Part shown: positions 12,647 to 28,575 of the stretch, one piece after another | How the letters are laid out: every line of letters starts with the position of its first letter | Numbering within the stretch: the stretch's first letter is position 1 | Assembly (NCBI GenBank): GCA_964016885.1 | Contig: OZ024761.1 | Coordinates: 20,460,001 to 20,524,000 of the forward strand | Length of the DNA stretch: 64,000 nt | Direction of reading: 5' to 3' | Origin: Eledone cirrhosa | Lineage: Eukaryota | Translations under genes and position numbers: made by a program | Notes under the pieces: generated by a model | Database searches by the model: none | The model's input: only the letters and a program-made list of their open reading frames with translations | Told to the model about the DNA's origin: nothing

Positions 12647-12853
12647 CTGTTAAGCATTTACATTACCTTATATTTACTATTATATTTCCATGGTAAAGGT
12701 TTTACCTCACATAATATCGAATCTATGAGATTTTAATATTATTTATTTTGAGAACAATACCTTAACATCAGTATGAGTGGCCAGTTACAGCTGGTTTGAA
12801 CAGAAGAGGTGAAAGAATTCTGGCCGGATATGGTCGGTTTAAATGCTAAAGGG
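12647..12853. mobile_element. piggyBac-like TTAA MITE downstream of the ZNF stop codon
   Basis: TTAA...aaatgctaaaggg-TTAA; same family as 34516-34719 (opposite orientation) and 46263-46645. Confidence 0.65.
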
Positions 12854-13402
12854 TTAAGTGTAAATCTGCTGTCCCCTTCAAAATCTACAGTAAGCAGCAT
12901 GGATCCATGCCATTGTGTATTTGCCTCATGTTTCTCTGGTCCTTGGAAGCAGAACCTCAATTGAGGGACACATTTACAGGAGTTATTACTTCGGAAATTG
13001 GGATTACCATTTTTTTTTTTTTTTTTGCCAGTAACAACTGATCTGGTTTGTTGTATAGAGAAAAACAAGACTTTCGTAGATTGAAATTTCCCCTAAAAAC
13101 ATTGATTCATCCCGAAGGTCAGTGGCGGATTGGCCAGGTCGTCAGCTTGCTTGATGACAAGTGGGACCCTCTATGGAGGGCAGAGGGCCAATGAAAAAAA
13201 ACTTTGCTTTCAAAGAAAATATCAGAAGTCTTAGAGAATGAATAAACATGATGATGATGAAATACCTAGAATACCACCTGATGTGACTGTTATAAAATAT
13301 TTACTGTTTTGTCTTGTCTGATGACTGAGTAAACAGGTGAAACTCCTCAGGGACAGGACTCATCACTTTGCCATAATAAAGAAATATATAAATATATATA
13401 TA

Positions 13403-13769
13403 CAGGGTGAGGTAAAAGTTGTGCACCATTGAAATAATTTATCAAAAGTAATAAAATGTTGTTGGTTTGAAGCATTGTATATATTATATAATGTGGAAAG
13501 AGATAGAAGGCTAAACAATGTAAAATGTACAATAAGATAAAGGTAATGTAAAAGTAAGTTACCTGATAATCTTTGTTTTTGTTGTTTCATCCTAATATTC
13601 CGGACTTCCCTTCTTCAGAGTGTCAGCAACTTTAAGAGAAAAATGTTTCAGTTTCTTCTTTTTGGGATTAAATTTAAATTTTATTAAAAGTCTAATAATT
13701 ACACGTGAAATTTTTAAAACATGATTAATTAATTAACCCTGTATGGTGTGTGACTTTTACCTCACCCTG
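13403..13769. mobile_element. Tc1/mariner-type MITE
   Basis: TA-cagggtgaggtaaaagttgtgcaccat ... atggtgtgtgacttttacctcaccctg-TA. Confidence 0.8.
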
Positions 13770-13885
13770 TATATATAATGTCGATACACTGCCTGTGATG
13801 AGTGATCAGACCTACTGTTAAAGTTCCTAGCGAAGATGACTGGACACAAAATTATTGTACATATACACATGTACATGCACACTCA

Positions 13886-13940
<55 letters not shown>

Positions 13941-14189
13941 TGTGTGTGAAAGACCAAAGCTAATTACTACTATTTTGTGGATGTGTATCCTTCACAAAGG
14001 CCTTTTTTATTGAAGAGGGTCAGAAATTCTTAATATATTCTATAATCCGTAATTTTACTTTACAATTTTACGGTCGATTGCATAGACCGAAATAGGGAGG
14101 ACTTTTGGAAAATTTTATTTATTCGATATAAAAATTAAATGATAGTATTGTAGTTATGGTTGGCTCCCGTTGTCTCCTGGCAACCAATA

Positions 14190-14785
14190 TCTTTAGAAAC
14201 AGTCCACAACTGCCCAACATCATCCCCTTAAAACACTCTCTCTCTTCCAGTCAGCCCAGATAGACATAAAATTCGATGTATCCCTTACAGTTAACTCTAA
14301 CAATACAAAACCCTTATACCCCCAAAAAAACTCTTTCTTCCAATCAACCCAGATAAGCATAAAACCCTATCTCTAATAGATATCAACCCCGAACAGTCTA
14401 TCCCTTACAGTCAGCTCTAACAGACATAAAACCTTGAGAAAAAAAACTCTCTTCTGGTCAGCCCTAACACCGTAAAGTACAATATATCTATTACAGTCAG
14501 CCCTGACAACATAAAATGCGCTGCGATGATGTAGGGCAACACAACAAACATGTATAGACCACAGCTGACTGGGCCTACACTGCAACAACACCACCACCAA
14601 CAGCAAACAAATCTATAGACCACATCTAGTCGTTTAACTTGACTAATTTCAAACCTCTGTCATCACAGCTGACTGTGGGAGTTACACAACAAACAGATGT
14701 ATAGACCACAGCTGACTGGGAGTTACACAACAAACAGATGTATAGACCACAGCTGACTGTGGGAGTTACACAACAAACAGCTCTA
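14190..14785. repeat. Two adjacent diverged tandem arrays
   Basis: ~125-bp diverged units, then gtatagaccacagctgactg(t)gggagttacacaacaaacagat units. Confidence 0.7.
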
Positions 14786-15334
14786 TATCTGACCAGGAGG
14801 TAGATAATGAACTTAAATTCTAACAAACTGTCCCTCAGTAAGAATATAAATATATAATATGGAAAACGAAGAATCAGTGATGTATCGGAACACACTTTAA
14901 CATATTACAATTGTTTCTCCAGCGAACAGCTTGAGGTGCGATCTGTTTGTGGATTGAACCTGACTCTGGATTTGCAAGTTCCTCAGATACATCCAGTGAT
15001 TTTGAAGCAAATCTATATATAAACGAATTAGGATTAAATTAAATTAAAATAAAATAAACTGTAAAATCAATGAAGAAAGTCACAGGATGTGGTTCTGTGT
15101 GTAAATTATTTTACAAGGCAACTGAAAACTTGACTTCCAGACCCCCTCACCATCATGTCTCCACCCCAAACAACTTGTAAATCTCTGTACTTTGTTCTTC
15201 AGCAACAAACACTTCATTCAACGCAGGATTTCCACCTGAACAGCTTCCTTACCTGTATCGTTAATGCTTATCAAATCATGTGGCTTTAATTTTCATTATT
15301 TTTATTGTTATTATTATTATTACTTTTCGTCTTT

Positions 15335-15865
15335 ACTGGGTCGCTAAAATAAAATACCAGTAATGCACTGGGTCGATTTGATCAACTTTCTCCCTCCTCC
15401 CCTTAAAATTGTTGGCCCTTGTGTCTAAATCAGAAAACCTTTATTATTATTGTTATTGTGGCAGTGGATTGGCAGAACCGGTAGAGCGTCGGACACCATG
15501 CTTTGCAGCAGAGAGTTATGGTCTGAGTTCAAATCCCGCCGAGGTTAACTTTGCCTTTCATCCTTACGGGGTCGATAAAATAAAGTACCAGTAATGCACT
15601 GGGGTAATTGCTGGCCTTGTGCCAAAAGTAAAAGAACAATTATTATTATTGTTGTTATGGCAGTGGATTGGCAGAATCAGTAGAGCGTCGGACAACATGC
15701 TGTGAGGCATGGAGTTCTGTCCCTTTGCGTTCTGTGTTGAAATCATGCCAAGGTTAGCACTGCCTTTTATCCTTACAGGGTTCGATGAAATAAAGTACCA
15801 GTAATACACTTTCCCCTTCCCCCCAAAGTTGTTGACCTTGTGTCAAATGTAGAAACAGTTATTAT
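15335..15865 (+). mobile_element. Three head-to-tail SINE family 1 copies
   Basis: Repeated tggattggcagaa...gttcaaatcc...gtcgataaaataaagtaccag, separated by (TTA/TTG)n tails. Confidence 0.85.
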
Positions 15866-16247
15866 TTAAGCCCTGCAACTGTTGTTATCTGTTCTGTGGA
15901 CAGTTGGTGCATCATTTCGTCACTTTCTTTGGCTTTCCTTCACATTCTCTGCATATATATGTATACATGTATATATATATATATATATACACATCTATAT
16001 ATATATATATATATATTTATATACATATATACACATATATAATATAGTATAATATATATACACTCACACATTATATACATATTTATATACATATATATAA
16101 TATAGTATAATATATAGTATATATATATACACACACATCTTTATATATATATATATGTATGTATATACATACACACACATCTATATATAATATATATATT
16201 TGCCAGGTGGTGCTATTAAGTTAGATATGGCCGAAACCTATCAAAGT

Positions 16248-16278
<31 letters not shown>

Positions 16279-16429
16279 CTATATATTATATACACATATA
16301 TTATATATATATATATATACATTGCCCGGACTTGTGCCTCGGAAGGGAACTTTCTCGGTGCAAATCCCACGGTCATTCATGACCGTAGGGGCATCTTTAC
16401 CCTATATACGTATATCCATATACACACAC

Positions 16430-16491
<62 letters not shown>

Positions 16492-16941
16492 TATATATAT
16501 CCAATACTGAAATCTTCACTATGAGGTGAAACATGCCTCCTCACTTCCTGTTTCTTTATAACCTAAAGAATTGCTATAAACTTGTTCCTCAAAATGTATT
16601 TTTTGTGTATAAGATGATGTTGAACAAATCATTATATACAAGAACAATCAAATGCATGCTTTGTTTATATGTATATGTATGTACACGTGTGTGTATATAT
16701 GTATGTTTGTGTGTGTATATGTCAATGCATATATATATATTATATATATTATATAAAATTGTGTTTTGAAATGGCATCTACAGTTTTGTCTTTGCATCTC
16801 TAGAATTGTAAGTAAAGCAAATATGAACAAACATTGTCTTTTTGTTTTCTTTTTTTTCTCATAAATTACATTAATTATTCATGTTATATATATATACAGG
16901 GTGTATGTGGGTATGTATACATAAATGTGTGTGTATATATA

Positions 16942-17851
16942 CAGGGTGCGGATGATATTTGTTCACAATTTTCAACTGCTAATTTTATGCAAATTTATTT
17001 TACTTCTGTTGTCACTCTTGTCTTCATAAAAATAGTTACTATCATCATCATCATCATCATCATCATGACTATATTTCCATTATTTATTTTCATAATAATT
17101 GATTATGAATAATTTTGAACCTCCAAATTTGTGGAAGAGACATGGAGTTCTTCTTGGAATCCGCGCTGGGAAGTCAAATAAGACCACAAGATCAACTCCC
17201 AGAACAACAGGTGGCTCGCTGTCTCATCCAAAGACATGCCCAGAGTCATGCAGACAAAGTTTCCAGCGACAACATTGGTCTTAGGTGTCGTCAACAGTCA
17301 AGGTGACGTCATGCCACCTCACTTCTTCCCTGAGGGCCTCAAGCTGAACACCGATGGCTACATCCGCGTTCTGAGCACGGTAGTAAAGCCCTGGATCGAC
17401 CAGGTAGCTGCAGGTAGGCCGTATGTGTGGCAGCAAGACTCAGCGCCCTGCCATACCAGCCGAAAGCCCTAAGCCCGGCTCTCAGAGAACTTCGTCGACC
17501 ACACTTCACCTGACATCTGGCTTCCCAGCTCGTCTGACTGCAACCTGCTCGATTTCTTTGTGTGGGGCGCAGTGGAACGAGACACCAACAGATCTAGCTG
17601 CAATACGAAAGTCATTTGAAGGCCAGGATCACAAGTGCCTTTAGGGGCCTAAGTCGGGGGACAGTGACGAAGGCCTGTAGCCGGTTCCAAGGCCGTCATC
17701 AAAGCCAATGGTGGGTTTATCGAATGAGATCGAAAGAACAAGTCATGAAGACAAACTAACCCAAGTTTGATAAATAAATCTTAAAAAATAAAACTACTGT
17801 GTTACTTTTTCCTAGACAGTAATCTTGCGAAAAAATATCGTCCACACCCTG
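16942..17851 (+). mobile_element. Internally deleted DD37D (maT family, IS630-Tc1-mariner) transposon
   Basis: Imperfect ~28-bp TIRs (cagggtgcggatgatatttgttc / cgaaaaaatatcgtccacaccctg) with TA flanks. Transposase remnant N.QNNRWLA...WQQDSAPCH...DCNLLDFFVW has 37 residues between the 2nd and 3rd D and one in-frame stop. Confidence 0.9.
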
Positions 17852-18329
17852 TATATATATATATATATATATATCAAACATGTCAACCTCAAAAAGCCCA
17901 AACAGGTACCATGAAAAAAAGTGCCCCAAAGTGGGGTGATTTTACATAATGAAAGCTATACCCATTTTTACAAGAGGAGACATCTCTCGCCTACCTCAAA
18001 GTAGGTGGAAGGTGTCCCCATCGGATGAGGAGAGTTGACAGGTCTGATACGTGTATATAGGCCCAGGGAAGTTTGGGATGAGGTGATAAAAGCTGACCTT
18101 GCACAATTGCACCTCTCTAAGGTGATGATAAGACCGTGACCTCTGGTGCAGTAATACAGAAGACCTGCCTTCTCAGAAGCTGTGGCTTACATCTAGTATG
18201 CACCATCTTCTCTCCCACCCTCCACCCAAGTCCCTAATCTACACCATAGAGCGGTCAACCTGGAGCTACAGCAATAAGCACCAAGTCCACACTGTGAAGT
18301 AGTTGTGTAAGTGACACAACAAAAAGCAC

Positions 18330-18640
18330 CCAGTGGACTTGAGCAATGTGAAATAAAGTGTCTTGTTCAAGGTCATAGTGGAATGTAATAATGTGAAATA
18401 AAGTGTCTTGCTCAAGGTCATAATGGACTGGAGCCCAATGAAGCAAAGTGTCTTGCTCAAGGACACAGTAGACTGGAGCAATGAGAAATAAAGTGTCTTG
18501 TTCAAGGACACAGTGGACTGTAGTAAAGTGTCTTATTCAAGGACACAGTAGACTGGAGCAACGTGAAATAAAGTGTCTTGTTCAAGGACACAGTAGACTG
18601 GAGCAATGTGAAGTAAAGTGTCTTGCTTAAGGTCACAATG
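18330..18640 (-). repeat. SINE-2-derived ~45-bp tandem repeat
   Basis: gtgaaataaagtgtcttg(c/t)tcaagg(a/t)cacagtagactggagcaa, about 7 copies. Confidence 0.8.
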
Positions 18641-18948
18641 TAACGCCATCAAATATTATTTATTAGTTCAGAATACTAAAATGTTTGCTCGATAAATAAC
18701 GAAGACATTTTTTAAAATGCCAGCTTGAGTAAAAAAAAAAAAAATACTATGGAATAGCTAATTACCTCCCTTGTTTATATCTAAGTGGTGACAAATCAGC
18801 CGCTAGAGGTCAGTGAATGTATATTTTGAGCCGTAGTCCTCTTGCTGGTTACACTGATTGCTAGAAACAGCAGCCAGCGCATTTAGCTGCTATTACGTCT
18901 TACTGTCGTGGAAAAAATAAAGGACAGATTAGGTGATATATATATATA

Positions 18949-19108
18949 CAGGGCCGTCTTAACGCTGGGCAGTTGCCCGGGGCCCCACGAGGATAGGGGG
19001 CCCATTTGTATTTTTATTCCTGTGAGTGGTTGTGTAGGTAGGGGCCCCCAGTGCTCTGCTTTGCCGGGGGGGGGGGGGGGGGGCTATAATGCTGTTAAGA
19101 CAGCCCTG
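18949..19108. mobile_element. hAT-like GC-rich MITE
   Basis: 15-bp TIR cagggccgtcttaac / gttaagacagccctg with one mismatch, internal ggggcccc motifs, inserted in (TA)n. Confidence 0.7.
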
Positions 19109-20154
19109 TATATATATATATATATAAATACATATATATTATATCTTTTCATTATGTCTGTTTCATAGGCGGTGTGTGTGTATATATATATATATATATT
19201 ATCTCCGATGGGGTGGAAGAATTTCTTGAAAAATATTACAGTTTTAACTAAGAAAATAATATTTAAACTGGAATTAAAATATTTGAAATTATTTTCTGGT
19301 TTTTTCCTTATATCTTTAATAAATATATTTCGATCGTTTTAAATAAATATTTCTTCTTTATATTTAATAAAACTAAAGGGAACTCTAATGTAGAAATATC
19401 TTTAAAAATCACCAGTTGTAATAATTGAAGCAAAGATTCCTGGACGAAAAAATGGTGAGAAAAGACGATAAAATAGAGAGAAAAAAAGAATTATATTTAA
19501 ATAAAATGTGACATTATTATTTCTTTTCTCTCTATCCAAACTATATTAGTATTAAATATATTAGCAGCCATCAAGATAAATATGAGGGGGCTGAGAGGTT
19601 CATAGGCTGACCAACATACTCTCATGGAACGACCAAATGACATTTGTACATTATTCTATGCACCTTTGATGAACTGCAGTGTACCTGAGCACTGTACACA
19701 ATAATTTTCATAATAAATAATAAATAAAGGAAGAAACCATTATTATTATTATTTTTATTTTTATTAAATTTTTCTAAATCTTTGGTTATTTTTTTAATTA
19801 ATTAAAGCACATAGACTATATTTCATTAGAAATACGGTAATGAAAGAGTTAAATATTTCCTGCAAAATCTCGAGATGATGTTAAGAGCTAACTAGACACC
19901 AGCCCCTTGTGTCTAGACAAAACAAATTATTGCAATTTAATAATTTAATTTATTAAATAATTAAAATTTAATAAAGAAAAATACAACCAAGTTGATAATA
20001 AAAATGGAACAAAGAAAATTAAATAATTACATTTTATTGATAATTCAAAGTAAATTATTTTTTTGAAATCTATTGATTATTGACTTTAATTAGTAAAATT
20101 GGGAATTCTCTCTATATATGTATATCTCAAGTTTAATTTAATGATTAAAATTAC

Positions 20155-20865
20155 AGTAGTTGAAAACTGAAGCTGGTGGAGAAGTTCAAATATCTCTGGG
20201 TTGTTTTCACGAATGTTGGAAGGCAGAAGGTTGAATTAAGTGCAAGAATTGCTGGAGCTGGTGCAGTAATGTGCCAGCTTTAGCACTTGAGTAATCAGAA
20301 GAAGGAAGGTAGGTGTAAAAACCAAAGTCTCTATCTTCAATTCAGTATTTTTGTTGCCTACCTTTACCTATGGTCATAAATCTTGGGTAATGATCGAAAG
20401 AACAGGATCTTGAATACAAGTGGCCAAAGTGGGGTTTCTCTGAAGGGCCTTTGGAGTGATGTTACTCAATAGAGTGTGTAGCTCAGAGATGAGAGAGTCA
20501 CTCCAGGTAGAGCTGCTACTTCTCTGAATTGAGAGATCACAGCTCCGATATTACAGACATGTAGTTAGAATATCTCAGGAAAGAATCTCTGGTTACATTT
20601 GTAACTCAGAGATGAGAGAGTCACTCCAGGTAGAGCTGCTGCTTCTCTGAATTGAGAGATTACAGCTCTGATACTATGGGCACGTGGTTAGAATGTCTCA
20701 GGAATCACTGGAAAGATTTTATAGGCAAAGCCAACCGACAAGAGCCCCGGGGGTATACCCCCACAAGCAAGATGGTTGGATAACATCCATGAGCTCCACT
20801 GGTCTGTCTTGGAGATCCAGCTGAATCAGTTGGAGACAGTTGCTTCAGACAGGACCTGCTGTCAG
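20155..20865 (+). mobile_element. RTE/Expander-like LINE 3' fragment
   Basis: Translates as LKLVEKFKYL.VVFT...ELSARIAGAGAVM, then homologous to 605-1085, with one ~120-bp duplication. Confidence 0.75.
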
Positions 20866-21519
20866 GTGGTGGTACTGTCACCACAATAAAAAAATAAAAA
20901 AATGGTAGTGTTGGTGCCACAATAAAATACATACGGCCCACACTGTAAAGTGATGTTGTCATTGATGATGATGGTAGTAATGATCGTGTTGATGGTGATG
21001 CTAATGATGATGATGGTGGTGGTGGTGTTGATAATGATGATGATCATATTGGTGGTAATAATAATGGTGTTGATAATGATGATCATATTGGTGATGATGA
21101 TGCTGATAACAGACACCCCACTAAGCCCTCACCTCCTCCTATATACAGCGAAGGTTGTTATATAAATTTTCCATTCTGTTTCAGTTTCTTTCTCAGACCA
21201 AATCTGGTGGAAGTCATCGCTAAAAATAGTTCCAATAATAAAGATTGGATTATCAAGAGAGGAATTGATTGAACAGCATAAAGATGGTGGGGGATGGGGG
21301 AGTGTGTGTGTGTCAGTTTTGCTGTGTGTGAGTGTATGTGGGGGCATGTGTGTAGTGTGTGGAAATGTGTGTCTGTGTGAGTGTGAGCATGAGTGTCAGC
21401 ATGTTTGTCTGTGTTTAGCATGTGTATGGGCTTGTTTGTGTGTGTGTGATGTGTGAGCACACACACATATATATACATATATATATATATAATTTTTGGA
21501 GGTCCAGGATTTGCATGTC

Positions 21520-21606
<87 letters not shown>

Positions 21607-21889
21607 TCCAGGATTTGCATGTCATATATATATATGACATGCAAATCCTGGCCCTCCAAAAATTATATAACATTCTACACTATTACTGCTATAAACTATC
21701 AGGTTCCTCTTATGCAAACCACAAGTCTTCCCCCACTGTTAGCAGCATTGTTGTCAGGGAGAGGTCGACACCAGTTACATCACCCCAGATGTTAGTAAAA
21801 CTCATCACTTCTCTCACATAATCTTATATGAATTCTTCACAGTTTCGTTTTTCTGAAATATCTCGTGACCTAACACCGAGATATTTCAT

Positions 21890-23845
<1,956 letters not shown>

Positions 23846-24140
23846 ACTTCCTCTACTTTCATCTTGTCTCTGTTTTGTCAGTCAGTCACAAGACTCAGGT
23901 TCGGACGAGGCATGGAACCTCGCGGATTATTCTAAAGTTGTATATATATATATATATACACTAATATATATATACTGATATATATATTACACTGGTATAT
24001 ATACACTACTAAAACCCACACAAAAAAGAGAGCAATTATTATTAATATTCACGTTGTTTTCAGGTAAGTAATATATATATATATTGTTTTGTTTACGATT
24101 TTTTCTTTCCATTTTTATTAATAAATCATATTCCGTCATA

Positions 24141-24191
<51 letters not shown>

Positions 24192-24484
24192 GTATATATA
24201 TATATATGTGTATGTGTGTGTTTATATATATTTAAACACACACATATGTGTGTGTTTGTAGCTTCCATCATCGTCCCTTCGTTTGATTTTTATATAATTA
24301 TTATTATATGTTGAATTAAAACAAGAATAACAAATTAGCAATATATATATATATATATATATACCCGCAGACCATATATTTATATGTGTGTGTATATATA
24401 AGTTTATCCCGGGTTCAATCGGATGTAACCACAATAAGTAAGGTACTCAATACAAGGCAGAGTATAAATATTTATATAGAAATG

Positions 24485-24533
24485 GCTTCTACAGGACTAG
24501 AACTGTTTCATTCCGGAGAAATCATCAGGAAGC
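24485..24533 (-). ncRNA. Type I hammerhead ribozyme (family B)
   Basis: Minus strand: gcttc-CTGATGA-tttc tccg gaat-GAAAcag ttctagtc ctGTA^-gaagc. Confidence 0.75.
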
Positions 24534-24787
24534 TGATGATTTCTCACGAATGAAACAGTTTTAGTCCTGTAGAAGCCATTTCTATTTATATATATATATA
24601 TATATATACATACATACATACATACACGCACCTGCAGCTTACATCGAACAACAAATACTTGAACTAATTTTACAATGGTTAAGAAATGTATACTTTGTTT
24701 CAGGTAAATAATACACACATATATATAGGTAAATATATATATATATACACACAGAAAGAAGATAGTATGTATGTATATATATATATA

Positions 24788-24917
<130 letters not shown>

Positions 24918-25290
24918 GGTGTATAATTATATATAGTTTCGGTCAAAATTGGTGTCGCTCGTTTCAGCTGAGTACCGTAAATGAATTGATGGAATTCCTC
25001 CAGGAAGAAGAAGAGTATAATAATATATATATTATGTGTGTATATATATATTATGTAAAGGGTGGGCTAGTGAATATATTACGTAAACAAGGGGTATATA
25101 TATATATATATATAAGATCCCGTTAAGGATGAAAGCAGCGATTCTTTGCTTAAACTTTTATCTGTTATTTTAATAAATATATATAATGTATGTATATGGA
25201 TTAGAAATGATACTACATTTGTATTGAAACGGAGAGGTAGACGGATTTTATGGGAAGATAAAGATGTATACACACACATGTATAGATCCA

Positions 25291-25332
<42 letters not shown>

Positions 25333-25508
25333 CCGTTTTTTAATTTATTTAGAGAATTGTTTGATAACCGCTTGCTCCGCTCTTTTTTAATATATATATA
25401 TACACACACATGGGTTTGGCAATACCATGTATATAAATATATATACATTACAGCTGTTTAGATATCAAGGGATCATTCTTTCGTTATACGAAATCACAGT
25501 AAAGTGAA

Positions 25509-25555
<47 letters not shown>

Positions 25556-25709
25556 GTATATACACTGTTCCCTCTCCTAATAAACAGTCGGGACCTATAT
25601 CCAACTAGTTTCATAGTACCCTTAGTATGTACTCTAAATACTATTTATGTTCATTCAGTTTAGTATCTCATCCCGACATATGACAATATCTTTCACTTCA
25701 TCAGCTTCT

Positions 25710-25744
<35 letters not shown>

Positions 25745-26394
25745 ATAAGTTAATTTAGTAATTAATCAACCCGAAATATGGAAAATAACGATCGTATATT
25801 AATTAAAATGATATATAATTAAATGTTTTGGTCCTTTATATTATTATATATATATATATAATGTATATATAATATAATATATATATAGCTATATATATAA
25901 TATATATAATGTATATAATGAAACGAATCAATCGGATAGTTCAGACATATATATTAGAGGTGTATATATATATATATATATATTAGAGATATATATATAT
26001 ATATATATTAGAGATATATATATATATATATATTAGAGGTATATATATATATATATATTAGAGATATATATATATATATATATATTAGAGGTATATATAT
26101 ATATATATATTAGAGGTATATATATATATATATATTAGAGGTATATATATATATATATATTAGAGGTATATATATATATATATATATATTAGAGGTATAT
26201 ATATATATATATATATATTAGAGGTATATATATATATATATATATATTAGAGGTATATATATATATATATATTAGAGGTATATATATATATATATATTAG
26301 AGGTATATATATATATATATATTAGAGGTATATATATATATATATATTAGAGGTATATATATATATATATATATTAGAGCTATATATATTAGAG

Positions 26395-26439
<45 letters not shown>

Positions 26440-26680
26440 CAAGATGGAATCAGTTTGAAACTGGTTAGACCATTACTCAACAGAGTACTCGATATTTGAG
26501 GTAGTAGAGTATGGTTATATCCGTATTAAGAGTCAAGACCCTACGGCTGAGCTGTTGCCGTTTCAACAGCTGGTTCCGGACTCTTAGAGGTGTATATAAA
26601 AACATAACCATAATACGTTTATATACAATAAACGTATGGGTAGCCTATATATATATATATATATATATATAGGCTACCCA

Positions 26681-26729
<49 letters not shown>

Positions 26730-26736
26730 CTACCCA

Positions 26737-26774
<38 letters not shown>

Positions 26775-26780
26775 TACCCA

Positions 26781-26828
<48 letters not shown>

Positions 26829-26947
26829 CGAAGGAATTGTGGTAAGGAACCAGATGGACCATAACGCACCAAAGTACTCAATACTTAGGGTAGTAGGAAC
26901 AAGTATGACCCCGACGGCAGAGCTCTGCCGTCGGGGTCATATTTGTT

Positions 26948-26983
<36 letters not shown>

Positions 26984-27198
26984 CTCCCGAGTTGTGTCGA
27001 GCTGTAATCAGTTTAAATCAGGTGTTCGATTTATTGGTAAAGTATAGGCATCTTTATTATATATATAGAAATGACCTCTACAAGACTAGAACTGTTTCGT
27101 TCCTATGAAATCATTACTAATGTCATAATACCTAGGCTCATATATATATATATATATATATATATAATGTATATATATATATGTATATATATATAATG

Positions 27199-27230
<32 letters not shown>

Positions 27231-27249
27231 TAATGTATATATATATATG

Positions 27250-27301
<52 letters not shown>

Positions 27302-27397
27302 ATGTATATATATATATATATAATGTATATATATATATATATAATGTATATATATATATATATATATATAATGTATATATATATATATATATATATA

Positions 27398-27428
<31 letters not shown>

Positions 27429-27431
27429 ATG

Positions 27432-27469
<38 letters not shown>

Positions 27470-27729
27470 CTTATGTGTGTGTGCATATAACAATTTCCAT
27501 CGTTTAGTACAAGGGCGTAACAAAAATCTTTTTAAAAATAACAGAATGTACTACGAATGTACTATGCAATTATTGAATTAAATATAATTAGAGATTAGAT
27601 ATAGAAAAATATTATATATATTAAATATATATTGAAAAATATATTTTTAAATGTCTCATCTCTCGAAATATGGAATAAATATAGAGACAGGAGAAAGACA
27701 GACGAACATAATGAACAGGTGACCGTGTT

Positions 27730-28350
27730 GGTTTCTAATTAAGGCACAAGGCCTGCAATTTAAAGGGAGGTGGGTGGAAAGTCGATTAAATCAACCCAGT
27801 GCATTACTGGTATTTTATTTTATCGACACCCCGTAATGATGATAGGCAAAGCTCACCCCGATAATAATGTTTCTGATTTAGGCACAAGGCCAGCAATTTT
27901 TGTGGGAGGGGAGAGAGGAAAGTCGGTTAAATCGACCCCAGTGCATTACTGGTTCTTTATTTCATCGACCCCAGTGCATTACTGGTTCTTTATTTCATCG
28001 ACCCCAGTGCATTACTGGTTCTTTATTTCATCGACTCCAGTACATTACTGGTTCTTTATTTCATCGACTCCAGTACATTACTGGTTCTTTATTTCATCGA
28101 CTCCAGTACATTACTGGTTATTTATTTCATCGACTCCAGTACATTACTGGTTATTTATTTCATCGACCCCCGTAAGGATGATAGGCAAAGTCAACCTTGG
28201 TGGGATTTGAACTCGGAATATAAATAATTTCTTTATTTACCACCGAACTATATCTGTTGAGTTGGTATTTTAGACTCGTCTCTTTATGATCTGAGTTCAA
28301 ATCCCGCCGACGTTAGCTTTATCTTTCATCCTTACGGGGTCGATAAATAA
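27730..28350. mobile_element. SINE family 1 cluster; the middle copy carries a 33-bp tandem array
   Basis: tcgac(c/t)ccagt(g/a)cattactggttctttatttca x7 inside a minus-strand SINE. Confidence 0.8.
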
Positions 28351-28519
28351 AGTATATGTCTTAAGTATATATCTATACATCTTAAATATGGTCATTTGGT
28401 ACCCAGTCAGTGTAATTAGACTCAAACCAAGGTAGAGATGATTCTCTTCTGAGTATCGAACATCACTTGGTATCGATGTCTCCCAGATGGACATCAATAC
28501 GAGAAGCGATAGTTAAACT

Positions 28520-28575
<56 letters not shown>

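Noticed and set aside
13575-13625. Minus-strand CTGAAGA...GAAAC inside a MITE
   Set aside because: No convincing stems I or III could be formed.
25670-25710. Minus-strand CTGATGA-agt-GAAA
   Set aside because: No stem II, mismatched stem III and no stem I; at best a dead remnant.
25953-26395. ttagagg as a telomere-like repeat
   Set aside because: It is not TTAGGG, and the units are separated by variable (TA)n.
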